Assembly: GCF_009914755.1 (NCBI RefSeq)
Contig: NC_060944.1
Length of the DNA: 64,000 nt
Reading direction: 5' to 3' (one strand)
From: the human T2T-CHM13v2.0 reference genome, Homo sapiens
Under the pieces are notes generated by a model, which was not told the DNA's origin, ran no database searches, and worked only from the letters and a program-made list of their open reading frames with translations. Every line of letters begins with the position of its first letter. The stretch's first letter is position 1. The position numbers and the translations under genes are program-made. Positions 16,498-31,074 of the stretch are shown in pieces.

Positions 16498-16654
16498 ACT
16501 TTGAGCCCTGCTATCCCTATTTTTAAAGGAATATCTTCTGAAGTTAAATAGTAACAAAGTCTTCCAGAGTCTTTCTTTTAGTCTTTGAGAGAGACTAAAA
16601 AATGCAAGGGAAACTGGCAGCCACTGCTTGGGCATTTGTTCCATGTTTTTAGAG
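16498..16654 (+). repeat. Copy 2 of the diverged ~160-bp local direct duplication
   Basis: See 14933-15093. Confidence 0.8.
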
Positions 16655-18344
16655 ATCGTCTTCTCTCTTTGAGAATTCTTCAGTGCACTTAGGGAAACTT
16701 ATATTTTGTTTGTTATACATACTGGTCAACTGGGTTTTTTAAAAAAGAGAACAGTTTTTTTTTCCAGTCTGATTATAAAAGGAATACACATGAATACTTA
16801 AGATAGGAAGAATGTAAACTAGAATAACAGAACTTCATCTCTAATGTTTGTAAGTATATATATCATTGTTTGTTAAAGTTCAGTGTTTATGCTTCTGGTT
16901 ATTTTATTTTCATTGCATAGATGTATTTTGTTTTTTTACAAAACTGGTGCAATAGTACATTTTAAAATTTGAGGACTGCTTACTTTTTTGTTTATAAATA
17001 CAATACTTTTTATATGTAATTTTAAATAGCTACATGATATTCAATCATATACATGAATTTTAATTTATTTAATCATCCCCTCATTGTTGGAAATTTAAAT
17101 TATTTTAAGTTTTTTACTGTTATAAGCAGGCTGCGACAAACATCCTAGCACATAAATGTTTGTAGAAATCTTTGATTATTCCCTTGGAGGACATTCCCTT
17201 AAAGTGAAATTATGGAAGCATGAAAGTTTTAAAACTTTTTTAGGTACACACAGACACACATACACATACATGTATATCTTATATCTACATACACACACAC
17301 GCACATACACACACATAACCAAATAGCTCTATGGAAAGGTTAAATTAATTTATATCTCAAGGTGTAAGGGTATATATTTCCCTAAACTTTACCATTATTA
17401 GGTTTGATGAATTTTTTTATGCTTTGTCTTTGAATTATACTTCAATGTTGTTTTAATTTCCATTTCTTTGAAGACAGGGAGTATACCTTTTGGTATTACC
17501 TTCTGTAATAGAAAGCAGGATCTTACCTATAAAATTTTATTGGCACCAATAGGGTACAAAGTAACTTGGTGGTGGGTAGCCAAGAGGCATTGGTGTTGGG
17601 GTGGGACTTGAGGAGCAACACACGCTGAATGTTTTTCAGCTAAGAAACTCAGATAGCCGAAGTTCAATGTCACTGCTTCTCCTCCTGAAATTTAAGATGG
17701 TGGGGAATACAGATGATTGCTGAAGTTCCTCAGAGTGAGAGAGGAACTGTTTATTCAACTTTCAGCATAGTACCTACCATGTAGCACAGCACTTGGCACT
17801 GGGGATGTCTATGGCTATGGCTTTGGTTCTTGGAGTTCACTCAGGACAGTTTTTCTGAAACTTTGAGGTTTTACCTTAGGCAAGAAGCTCTCAAGTTTCT
17901 CCCCCAGGGCTAAGATGAGAGTGGGGATCCATTGGTGACGTATAAGCCAGAGCACTTCTCCCTTTGCATCCCCAGCTTCAGAAGATGGACTAAGCCCTCA
18001 CATGCTGCTTTTCATTTGGACTGAGCCAATTAAACTGAGACTGTAGAAGAGGGAACCAGTTTCTGGGAAAGTAAACAGCAGCGTTTATATTAGTATGAGG
18101 GTCATAGGGAAGTGGATTCTTATTCTACCTGTGGTTAACAATGAATATAAATACCCTCTGCTGTAGTTCAGTTCTTGTAATTGCGTGGCTTGTCAGAGGT
18201 CAATTATAGTTTAAATATAAGCTGAACTGTATAACTATACTAACTGATAATTCATGAGGCCTAGGGGCTGGCTAATCCTCATGTGCAACCTTATTTGGAA
18301 TATTCCATGCACTTTTACTTTTTAAAATTTTTATTTAAATAATG

Positions 18345-21300
18345 AGTAAGGAGGAAGGCTGAATAGAAGCCCACACCATTTGTCTCTCCTGTAGGAATAC
18401 AAAATTTTAACAACTACACAAAAAAGCACCATCACAAGAACCAAAAATGAGATGAGGAATCATAGTACCTGATTGTAACTTCATATTGCTGAAAGATGCA
18501 CTGACGAGGGTAGGAAAGATGTTCTTGAATCACCAATGCCACCTCAGCCCCATTCCTCGGCATTGGCTATGTGGTACAGAGAATCTGAATTTGGAGGAAG
18601 GAGAGCACAGTGCCTGGGTGACTCAGTAAACTCAGCGCTGCCTTGTCACAGTGGTGATCACAGCTATGCTGGGCTCAGCCAGTACCTGTGCATGGAAGGA
18701 GCATTTGGACCAGACCTAGCCAGAGGCGAATTGCCCATCCCAGTGTTCAGAATTTGAGCTTCTTAGTAGACCTCCCCACTGAGGGCCAGAGTGCTCTGGG
18801 GTCCTAGGTAAACTCAAGAGGCAGTCTAGCTCACAACGACTGCAGTTCCTATGCAACTCCTAGTGCTAGTCTGGGCTTGGAGCCAGTGAACTAGGGTGGC
18901 ATATGGCCTAGAGAGACACCAAATGGGGCAGCTAAGGGAGTGCACCATCCCTCTTCCAACCCCAGACAGTGCAGTTTGCAGCAACAAAAGTGACTCCTTC
19001 TTTCTACTTGAGGAGAGGAGAGCAAGGAGTGAAGAGGACTTTGCCTTGCATCTTGGATACCAGCTCAGCCACAGTAGGATAGGGCAATGGGCAGAGTTGT
19101 GAGGCCCCCTTTCTGGCCCTAACAGGCCAAAAGAGAACCTGCGGCCTTGAAGGAAAGGACCCAGTCCTGGCAGGATTCATCACCTGTTGACTAAAGAGAA
19201 CTTGGGCCCTGAATAACCAACAGTGATACCAGATAGCATACCATGGACCTTGGGCTCTGAGATGTGCTGGCTTTAGGTGTTACCCAGAACATTTCCAGCT
19301 GTGGTGGCTATGGTGAAAGACTCCTTCTGTTTGAGAAAAACAGAGGGGCCACAGTGGGGTAGAGTAACAAGCAGGTTCTTGGACAGCATTTATGGAACTG
19401 CCCTGTGCCTGTGGGGAGCCCACTGCCCTGAAGGGTGAGTCCTAGGCCTGGTAGCATTCACCACAAGCTGACTGAAGACCCCTTGGGTTTTAAGTGAACA
19501 TTGGTGGTAGCCTGACAGAACCCCACATGGGCTGGTGGTGGTAGTGGCCACAGGGAGAGTCTCCTCTGCCTTTGGAAAGGGGAAGGAAGAGAAGGAAGGA
19601 CTTTATCTTGTGGTTTGAGTGCCAGCTTAACCGTGGTAGGCATTGGTGTTGGGGTGGGACCTGAGGAGCAACACATCACGTAAATCTCTAAGGTTTTTGA
19701 CTACAGTCCTTGGATCTCAGAGAGCATTCCTGAACTCACCTAGGGCCTGGGGGATCTCATTGCCCTGAAGGGAGGGACAAAAATCTGGCTGGCTTTGCCA
19801 CCTGCTGATTGTAGAGTACTAGGGCCTTGAATGAACATAGGTGGTAGCCAGGTAGTGGTTACAGTGGGCCTTGGGCAGGACCTGGTGTTGTGCTGGCTTC
19901 AGGTCTGAACCAGCATTGTCCCAGTGGTGGTGGTCACAAGGATATGTGTGTCCCTATACCCTCAGTTCCAGGTGGCTCAGCATAGAGAAAGAGATTCAGT
20001 TTGTTTGGGGGAAAGTAAGGGGAAAATAATAAGAGTCTCTGCCTAGTAATCCAGACAATTCTTCCAGATCTTGTCCAAGACCACCAAGGTGGTACCTTTA
20101 TGAGTCTGCAAGAACCACAGTGTTTTTGGGCTTGGGGCCTAAGTCCCTTTGAATACCTGGAAAGTCTTTCCAACATGGAGGGGCACAAACAAGCCCAGAC
20201 TGTGAAGACTACAATAAATACCTAATTCTTTAGTGCCCAGACACCAGTAAACATCTACAAGCATCAAGAGCATCCAGGAAAAAATGACCTCACCCAATGA
20301 ACTTAAATAAGGTAGTAGGGACCAATCCTGGAGAAACAGAGATATGTGACCTTTCAGACAGACAAATCAAAATAGCTGTGTTGAGGAAACTCAAATTCAA
20401 GTTAACACAGAGAAGGAATTCAAAATTCTATCAGAGAAATTTAACAAAGAGATTGAAATTATTAAGAATGCAGTAGAAATTCTAGAGTTGAAAAATGCAA
20501 GCAACATATTGAAGAATTCATCAGAGTCTCTTCTTAATAGCAGAATTGATCCAGCAGAAGAAAGAATTAGTGAGCTCAAAGACAGGCTATTAAAATACAC
20601 AGTCAGAAGAAACAAAAGAAAAAAGTATAGAAAAGAATGAAGCATGCCTACACGATCTAGAAAATAGCCTCAAAAGGGCAAATCTAAGAGTATTGGCCAT
20701 GAAGAGGAGATAGAGAAAGAGATGGGGTAGAAAGTGTATTCAAAGGAACAATATCAGAGAATTCCCCAAACCTAGAGAAAGATATCAATATTTCAGTACA
20801 ACAAGGCAGATATAACAAAAAAGACTACCTCAAGGCATTTAATAACCAAACTCCCCAAAGTCAAAGATAGGGAAAGGATCCTAAAAGCAGAAAGAGAAAA
20901 GAAACATATAACATAAAATGGCACTCCAGTACATCTGGCAGCACCTCTTTCGTGGAAACCCTGCATGCCAGGAGAGAATGGTATGACATATTTCAAATCT
21001 GATGGAAAAAACCCTTTTGCCCTAGAATATTATGTCTGGAAAAAATATCCTTCAAGCATGAAGGAGAAAGAAAGACCTTCCCAGAGAAAGAGGGATTTTA
21101 TCAACACCAGAATTGACCTACAAGAAATCCTAAAGGGAGTTCTTCAGTCTGAAATAAAAGAACATTAATAACAATAATAAATTATCTGAAGGTACAAAAT
21201 TCACTGGTAATAGCGCACAGAAAAACAGAATATTATAACACTGTAATTGTGGTGTATAAACTACTCAAGTACAAAGACTAAATTAACCAATCAAAAATAA

Positions 21301-24300
21301 GTACAACAGCTTTTCAAGATATAGACAGTACAATAAGACACAAAGAGGAACAACAAAAAGTTAAAAAGTGGGGGATGAAGTTAAGGTACATGGTAGTTAT
21401 TAGTTTTTTTTTCTTGTTTATGCAATCAGTGTTGTCATCAGTTTAAAATATTGGGTTATAAGATAATGTTTGCACGCCTCACGGTAACTTCAAATTGAAA
21501 AACATACAATGGATACACAAAAAATAAAAAGCAAGAAATTAAATCATGCTATCAGATAAAATCACTTTCACTAAGAGGAAGACAGGAAGGGAAGAAAGAA
21601 GGAAGAGATCACAAAGCAACCAGAAAACAAATAACAAAATGGCAGGAGTAAATCCTTACCTATCAATAATAACATTGAATGTAAATGGACTTAAGTCTCC
21701 AATCAAAAGACATAAAGTGGCTAAGTGGATAAAAAAAAAAAAAAAGCTAGACCCAATGTCTGTTGCCTAGAAGAAGCACATTTCACCTATCAAGACACAC
21801 ATAGACTAAAAATAAAGGGAGGGAAAAGATATTCCATGTCAATGGAAAGCAAAAAAGAGTAGGAGTAGCTATACTTGTATCAGACAAAATAGATTTCAAG
21901 ACAAAAGCTGTAAGATAAAGAAGGTCATTATATAATGATAAAGGGGCCAATTCAGCAAGAGGAGATAAGAATTTTAAACATATATGCACCCAATGCTGGA
22001 GCACCCAGATGTATACAGCAAATACTATTATTAGAGCTAAAGAGAGAGATATAACCCAATACAATAATAACTGGAGACTTCAACACCCCACTTTCAGCAT
22101 TGGACAGATCTTTGAGATGGAAAATCAACAAAGAAACACTGGACTTAACCCGCACTATAGACCAAATGGACCTATTAGATATGTACACATCATTTTGTTC
22201 AACGTCTGCAGAATACACAGTCTTTTCCTCAGCACGTGGATCATTCTTAAGGATAGATCATGTGTTAGGTCACAAAACAAGTCTTAAAACATTCAAAGAA
22301 GTTGAAATAATATCAAGCATCTTCTCTGAACACAATGGAATAAAACTAGAAATCAACAACAAGAAGAATTTTGGAAACTATACAAACACATGGAAATTAA
22401 ACAATATGCTCCTGAATGACCAGTGGGTCAGTGAAGAAATTAAGAATGAAATTGAAACATTTCTCAAAACACATGGTAACGGAGACAAAATGTACCAAAA
22501 CCTATGGGATATAAAGAAAGGGAAATTTATAGCTAAAAGTTCCTACATTAATAAAGAAGAAAAACTTCAAATAAATAACCTATTGATGCATGTTAAAGAA
22601 GTAGAAAACCAAGAGCAAATAAAACCCAAAATTAATAGAAGAAAGAAATAATAAAGATCAGAGCAGAAACAAATCAAATTGATATGAAGAAAACAATACA
22701 AAAGGTCAATCAAATAAAAAGTTTGGTTTTTGAAAAGATAAATAAAATGGACCCATATTTAGCCAGACTAAGAAAGATAGAAGACCCAAATAAATAAAAT
22801 CAGAGATGAAAAAGGAGACATTACAACGAATACTGCAAAAACTCAAAGGATCACTAGTAGCTACTATGAGCAATAGCATACTAATAAATTGGAAAATATA
22901 GTTGGAAATGGATATATTCATAGACACATACAACCTATGAAAATTGAACCATGAAGAAACCCAGAACCTGAACAGATCAATAACACATTATGAGATCAAG
23001 GCCACAATAAAAAGTCTCTCAGTAAAGAAAAGCCTGGGACCCAGTGGTTTCATTGTTGAATTCTACTAAACATTTAAAAAAGAATGAATACCAATCCTAC
23101 TCAAACTCTTCTGAAAGTCATTCTGTAAGGCAAGTATTACCCTGATACCAAAATGAAAGACACATAAAAAAAACACCAAAAACACAACTACAGGCCAATA
23201 TCTCTGATGAATATTGATACAAAAATCCTTACTAAAGTACAAGCAAACTGAATTCAACAGTACATTAAAAAAACCATTTATCATGACCAAGTGGGATTTA
23301 TCCCAGGGATGCAAGGATGGTTCAACACATGCAAATCAATCAGTGTGATGCATTATATCTATGGAATGAAAGACAAAAACCGTATGATCATTTAAATTGA
23401 TGCTGAAACAGCATTTGATAAAATTCAATATTCCTTCACGTTTGTAAAAGATCTAAAAAAACTCGGTATAGAAGGAACGTATCTCAACATAATAAAAGCC
23501 ATGTATGACAGAGCCACAGCTGGTATCACCCTAAATGGGGGAAAACTGAAAGCTTTTTTTTAAAGATCTGGAACATGACAAAAATGCCTACTTTCAACCA
23601 CTGTTATTCAACATTGCATTGGGAATTCTAGCTAGAGCAATCAGACAAGAGAAACAAATAAAGGGCTTCCAAATTGGAAAGAAAGAAGTTAAATTATCTT
23701 TCTTTTCAGATGGTATGATCTTATATTTGGAAAAATCTAAAAGCTTCACCAAAAAACAAATAGAACTAATAAACAAATTCAGTAAAGTTGCAGGATACAA
23801 AATCAGCATAGAAAAATCAGTAGCATTTTTATATGCCAACAGTGAACAATCTGAAAAAGAAATAAAAAGGTAATCCCATTTACAATAGCTACAAATAAAA
23901 TTAAATACCTAGGAATTAAAGAAGTAAACTATCTCTACAATGAAAACTATAAAACATTGATGCCAGAAATTGAAGATAACACACACACAAAATGGAAAGA
24001 TATTCCACATTCATGGATTGGAAGAATCAATAATGTTAAAATATTCAACTACCCAAAGCAATCTATAGATTCAGTGCAGTCCCTATCAAAATACCAATGG
24101 CATTCTTCTTTACAGAAATAGAAAAATCAATCCTAAAATGTATATGGAACCACAAAAGACCCACAATAGCCAAAGCTATCCTGAACAACAGGAGCAAAAA
24201 CTGGAAGAATCACTTTACCTGACTTAAATTATACTGCAGAGCTATAGTAACCAAAACAGCATGGTGCTGGCATAAAAACAGACACATAGACTAATGGAAC

Positions 24301-25777
24301 AGAGAGTCTGGAAACAAATCCATACACCTACAGTGAACTAATTTTCAACAAAGGTGCCAAGAACATACATTGGGGAAAAGACAATCTCTTCAAAAATTGA
24401 TGCTGGGAAAAACTGGATATCCATATGCAGAAGAATGAAACTAAACCTATATCTCATCATATACAAAAGTCAAACCAAAATGGATTAAAGACTTAAATCT
24501 GACTATGAAACTACTACAAGAAAACATTGGGGAAACTCTCCAGGATATTGGTCTGGGCAAAATTTTCCTGAGTAATACTTCACAAGCATAGGCAACCAAA
24601 GCAAACATGGACAAATGGGATCACATCAAGTTAAAAAGCTTCTGCACAGTAAATGAAACAACAAAGTGAAGAGACAGCCCACAGAATGGGTGAAGATATT
24701 TGCAAACTACCCATCTGACAAGGAATTAATAACCAGAATATGTAAGGAGCTCAAACAACTTTATAGGAAAAAAATATAATAATCCCATTAAAAATGGGCC
24801 AAAGATGTGAATAGACATTTCTCAAAAGAGGACACACAAATGTCAAACAGGCATATGAAAAGGTGTTCAGCATCACTGATCATCAGAGAAATACACATCA
24901 AAACTTCAATAAGATATCATCTCACCCCAGTTAAAATGGCTTATATCCAAAAGACAGGCAGTAACAAATGCTGGAGAGGATATGGAGAAAAGGGAACCTT
25001 TGTACACTGTTGATGGGAATGTAAGCTAGTACAATCACTGTGGAGAACAGTTTGGTTCCTCAAAAACCTAAAAATAGAGCTACCATCATCCAGCAATCCC
25101 ACTGTTGGGTATATAACTGAAAGAAAGGAAATTGGTATATTGAAGAGATATCTGCACACGCATGTTTGTTGCAGCACTGTTCACAATAGCTAAGATTTGG
25201 AAGCAGCCTAAGTGCCCATCAGGAGATGAATGGATAAAGAAAATATGGTAGGTACATATATACACAATGGAGTACTGTTCAGCCATAAAAAAGAATGAGA
25301 TCCAGTCATTTGTAACAACATGGATGGAACTGGAAATCGTTATATTAAATGAAATAAGTCAGGGACAGAAAGACAAACTTCACATATTCTCACTTGTGGG
25401 AGCTCAAAAAATCAAAACAATTGAATTCATGGAGATAGAGAGTAGAAGGATGGCTACTAGAGGCTGGGAAGGGTAGTGGGGGGTTGGAGGGTAAGTGGGG
25501 ATGGTTAATGGGCACAAAAAATAGTTCAAAAGAATGAACAAGGGCTAGTTTTGATAGCACAACAGAGTGACTATAGTCAATAGTAATTTAGTGGCACATT
25601 TTAAAATAACTAAGAGTATAATTTGATTTTTTGTAACACAAAGGATAAATGCTTGAGGGGATGGATACCCCATTTTCCATGATGTGATTATTACACATTG
25701 CATTCCTGCATTAACATATTTCATGTACTCCATAAATGTATATACCTACTATGTACCCACAAAATTAAAAAATAAAA
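18345..25777 (+). mobile_element. Near full-length L1MA2-type LINE-1 (L1M1-type 5'UTR, ORF1 and ORF2 remnants, 3'UTR)
   Basis: 5' GGCTGAATAGAAG; ORF1 remnant ~20280-21170; ORF2 start MAGVNPYLSIITLNVNGL at 21639; 3'UTR ends GGATAAATGCTTGAGGGGATGGATACCCC...TATGTACCCACAAAATTAAAAA. Confidence 0.92.
21639..25400 (+). pseudogene. Degraded L1 ORF2 (endonuclease/reverse transcriptase)
   Basis: EN motifs ([26 protein letters not shown]); RT FADD motif mutated to FSDG (ORF 23619-23873); many stops and frameshifts. Confidence 0.9.
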
Positions 25778-28424
25778 TTGAAACATTTTTGATGTATAGT
25801 TTTATTAATTTTAGTTGAAAGAAATGTATGCTTTATTTGTTACATATACAGGTCAACTTAATTTCTAAATATTATTTTTTACTTTTTTATTTGTGACTTT
25901 TAAGCAGCTGCTACCTTTGTAGATTCTAAAAAATCTGGATGGTATTCATTTTCTCCTATTGTCTTAATATAATTGCACACATTTGGCCATTTTTTGACTT
26001 AATTTTTCTGGAAAAATGACATTTATTATTGAATTCCAGTCTTTAATTTACATAAAAATTAGGCACCAGAAAGAGTAGTGGAGTAAAATAGCTTATCAGT
26101 AGATAATAGACATCCTCATATTTTCATGAAATATAAATCTATACAACTTTAGGAGTTTCAGAGGAACTTACCGATTTATTAACTTTGCGTTGGGTGAATA
26201 GCTCTTTTATGATGTGAATTCTGTATCTTTAAAAAGGATACTTGATTAAGAACAGTATTCTTATTTGTAGCCCAAATTTGTGCCTTTTGAATAATAATGG
26301 TTTATTAAACTTGGTGTTGTGTAAAGGAAGATTTGGCCATTTTGATAAGGAAAGGTTGAGAATTATTTTTCAACATTCTTCTCTAGTTTACCTTTTTAGT
26401 TATAGAAGCACCCCATGTTTGGTTTACAATAAGAATAGAAATAAATATTTTATTTTTACATACTGTTAGTACAAAGGCAGCAGCTTTTTCACTACTCATT
26501 TTATTTTTGTAAATTTGAAGCAAATTTATGGCATGAAATTTCCCCAGCTTCTTTTGACCTTGAGGTGCAATATGATTTGCTTTGTGAAGTTTTAATTTTA
26601 TGACACATCACATTTCTGTCATGTCCAAAATTAAACTTCAGGGTAGGTGTATATTTTTCTACACTGGGATTATGAACAGAATAAATTATCAGAGAATTAT
26701 GTTTAAATGAATATATAAGTATAGGAATGTATAGGCTTAGCTACATCTCTCTACATAAATAGCTTGTTAGTGTGCAATCAGTCACTGGAGTTGCCATGAA
26801 CTTGGAGCTTAATGAACAGGTGGAGAAAGAGGATGAATTCCAGTTCAAAATGGATCTGACAGCTTATCAGGCAATTTCACTGATCGCTAATCCAGTTCGT
26901 TTGGCAACTTAATTTATCACACAGTTAGAATTCTCATCCCGTGGGTTTCCAGGTGGAAATTAATTCTGGAACATGTCCATTACCACTGGGTTGAAGAGAC
27001 CTGCTTAAGCTTTGTGAGGAAATTTAGAAATAAATTATTTTAAATGCATAAGCCAGATTTCTCTTATGATTCCCTTTGTGTTTATCCAATTCCTTCTTAA
27101 AATATTTGGATGCTGCTAGCATTTGATGGTATGCCCATGGAGGTGAACTAAGGTTTATTTATTCATTAATATTTATAAATTAAATGGAAGAAATTGTTAA
27201 TCCTAATTAATTAGTGAAATAACTACTATAATAGATAATCCTGTGAATATAATTCTATCTTTAGGTATAGAAAAATTGCTGATCTCGAACATGTTTTAAG
27301 CATTTCATAGCAACAAATAATGAACAGAAGAAATTATTTCCTTAAAGCTCACAAATCTATGTCTTCTGAGTACTTACAAATTCTCTAATTAGTCTGATTT
27401 ACAGCCCATTATTTTATGTAAAAGTATCTGCTAAAGCAATTTCCTTGACAATAAGGAAGAAATGCGACTTGCCTCTCACAGCTCACATTCTGACTCTGTT
27501 TGGAATTCCCAAGGATGAGTCTAATTAAATGGGCTTGGCTTAGGACCTGGCTGTAGCTTAAAATACCTTCAAAACCAGAAACACATTTTCTCCACTTTTT
27601 AAAGACTTGATTTATAGTGCATAGAAAGTTAAATTGAATATTGATCCTTGAAAAGCAAATGTGTCCTGTAAAAAATGACAACAAAAGAATACAATAAAAG
27701 ATGACAGAGTGATTGATTGTCCAAAGCCTATAGATAGTAGCCTCCCCCTTTTATGTCATCTTCTCTAGGCATCTGTAGCTCTGAGAGGGTGATAGGGATG
27801 AAGTGTTAGAGGAGGATTAGTTGCACCCTGACATGAACTGTTACATTTTATAAGAAGATTGAGGAAGGTGGTAACAAATTATTTCTAAGAAGGAATTTTG
27901 AGAAACGAGGAACGGGGCACAAGATCAGTAAGACCTATGATATAACTCCAGGAAGGGACACGACGGAATTTCTTATAATTTCTCAAACTCTGAAGCATCT
28001 TCAAAAAGAATTTAAGTCAGTGAAAAATAATTGAGATGATAGAAAACTACAAACTGGCGTAACAGTGTCATTGATTGGATATGTCAGGAAAATTGTGCCT
28101 ATCATTCTTATGACCAGGCTTATTAAAGTAATATCTTCATAATCTAGAGGGGCTCAGTGTTGGATCATCCTGGCATCCTTCTCAAATCCCTTTTCTGAGT
28201 CCTTGGCATTTTTCCCTGGAGCATATTGCAGACCTACAACCTTGTCATTTCAGAAACTGTCCTTTCATTTTTACCTTTGAAGGGAAATGGTTACTGAGTC
28301 CAGTACTAGCCCTTGGGAATCAAGCCAAAAGAAAAAAATGGCAGGGCATTGTTTGATTTTCTCCTCCTTTCCTACAAGAGCAGTGGTTGCGTCAAAGGTT
28401 CAGTGGGTATTGGAATCACCAAGA

Positions 28425-28622
28425 AGGAGATAATGATGATGATAAAGCACAGTGGATCAATTCGGGGTTTTCCTCCTTTTTTTAAAATGTTTTTCCTATT
28501 ACCATCACTGTCACTGTGATGATGATAATGGTAATAGGAAAAATATATAAAACAAAATGGGGAAAACCGTAAATAGACCCAGTGTGCTTTATAACATTTC
28601 TGATTTACTATTTATTACTCCT
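28425..28622. repeat. Long imperfect palindrome (MITE-like or ancient palindromic element)
   Basis: Perfect 16-bp inner stem 28490-28505 / 28528-28543; outer pairs GGTTTTCC / GGAAAACC, ATAAAGCACA / TGTGCTTTAT, AGGAG(A)TAAT / ATTACTCCT. Confidence 0.85.
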
Positions 28623-29549
28623 CATTATTTAATAAAGTGTCCCATGTACTATGCAAATGGCAGACAGTAAAACCCCCACCATGCTGTTTAGTGAAATGTG
28701 AGGATCATGTATAAAAAATCCTCAAGCTAGACTTAGGTTGGATGAAGAAGACAGTGAGAAATCTTGTCTTTTTAGGTTAGGCTTTCTTGTTTTTCCTTTG
28801 TTTAACTTTTGTTTCTTCAAATGGCTTGCAGCTTGGAAGAGACAACTTTTGGTCTAAAAACTATTTTGGTTGCGGACAGAGGCAGTATCATTGAAAAAAC
28901 AGTGTGTTCACCAATTAGAAGTTCATATTGCTTTTAATTCTGCTTCCAACAGTTTTGGGACTTGAAGAGTGAAATTGAGATTTGTGTAGTTTTTCTTCAG
29001 TGCTGCATAAATGGCCATTTATGGTAAAACCTGAGAATAAAGGAAGACCAAAAAAAGCAAAATAAAATAAGACAGAAATACACAAATTATAGTGATTCTG
29101 ATTTTTCCTTATGAAACTTGAGATCCAGTAAGTAAACTTCGGTTGGAATTATTGGGCATTCAAACATTATCATTCACATAAGAAAAAGGCTCCCTGTCAG
29201 TAAGCCGAGATATTAGATGTGTAAATATAATGAGCCATTTGTGGAGACACCGACCAGATTGCCCTGCATTGTGATAGAATTGATGTAATTTGAGTATCAG
29301 ATGGGGCTGATTGGTGAATCTTGAGAAGACAGTTACTTGACAGCAATGATAGATTTTGACCCTGTTGTAATTGGTATACTTGAGGTAGGAAGCAATTCTA
29401 CTCATTCTGTCAAACGGAGGCCTCCACTCATAAAGTGAACTATTATTTAGAGGATCTTGTCTTCTTGGCTATTATTAAAATGCAATTTTTGTCTAATCAG
29501 CTGTTATTAAAACGCAATTACCAAATAATATATTCTTCTCACTATGGTG

Positions 29550-29675
29550 ATTTGACAGATCAAAAGCTTTCTGAGGGCAGAGACTGCGTTATCCGTTTAC
29601 GTATCTCCAATGCTTTGTATCATGTCTGGCCCATTGTTAGTACTCAAAAAGTGTTTGCGGAATTAATGAATGGTT
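29550..29675 (+). mobile_element. L2 3' end
   Basis: AAGCTTTCTGAGGGCAGAGAC...TACTCAAAAAGTGTTTGCGGAATTAATGAATG. Confidence 0.72.
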
Positions 29676-30041
29676 GAGTAAGTTGCTTCCTATAATCAAG
29701 ACTTTTAGTTAGAATGGTGGTAAATTTAGACTTAGAGGATTTTGTACTTTGTATCAGTGGGGCTGCCCTAACTGGTGGATTTATTTTTTAATGCAATTTT
29801 TTTCTTTTTATTTAAAATTTCTTTGGAAGCACAGATGATATTATAAACATAATAATGTAAATAAAGTAAGAAGAAATAAATTACTGATTACTCCACCTTC
29901 CAGCAGACTGTGTTGATTTTTTCCTGTTCATCTCTATGCATTTATATACTTTTTTGTTTGCATTTTTATGACTTAGAACCCAGATTTGATGTGTTATACT
30001 GAGTTTTCTACTTAATATTAACATTTTTAATATAGTATTTA

Positions 30042-30361
<320 letters not shown>

Positions 30362-31074
30362 CTACATAGTATATTCTTTACTTTGTATTCCCCCTCAACA
30401 ATATTCTATTTCCCTATCGCTTTATCTTTCTATTGAATTCCTACTCAGCTTTCAAGGTCCCATTTAACTTTGCAACAGTCTTCCAATTTCTGTTGACTCT
30501 TATGATCCTTGTACTTTACGTACAGTGACTATAGAACTTTTGATACTTTAACTTTTTTCTTTTTATGAAAATTATGAGAAATAAGGTACATCAGAGCATG
30601 GATTACACAACTCTGTGTCCTGATGCCTAACTCAATGTTGGTCATGTAGTTGGCCCTCGACAAATACTTGCAGATAACATTCTAAGGTCTGGGAATAGAG
30701 GGATAAATGAGATATGGTTTCTGGATTTTATGCTCAAAGTATATTGGTAGGCAGGTAGGCAGATATCATGTAGAAACTGACCTTCTAGAGTTGTTTATAT
30801 GGTGCTAGGAAAACCGAGAGGAGGCCAGTATATTCACAGCATAGCTTTTTCTTCTTAATAATCTTTTTTCCTCTACTTTCAGGAATGGTATGTGTAGGCT
30901 AAGGAGTTCTCACATTTTCATGACTCTTCATTTCCTTTGGAAATTATTTTCTAAAAGATTCCATTTCCTCATGTTTGCTTTTCTCATGCCTTGTTTGCCC
31001 ATGTCACTTGCTCTTTTTCATTTGGTATCTTGAAATATAGTTTTTCACCACATTATATAATCTTCCTACATAAT

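Noticed and set aside
22100-22651. Longest ORF in the window (183 aa)
   Set aside because: Fragment of degraded L1 ORF2 endonuclease/linker region, bounded by frameshifts
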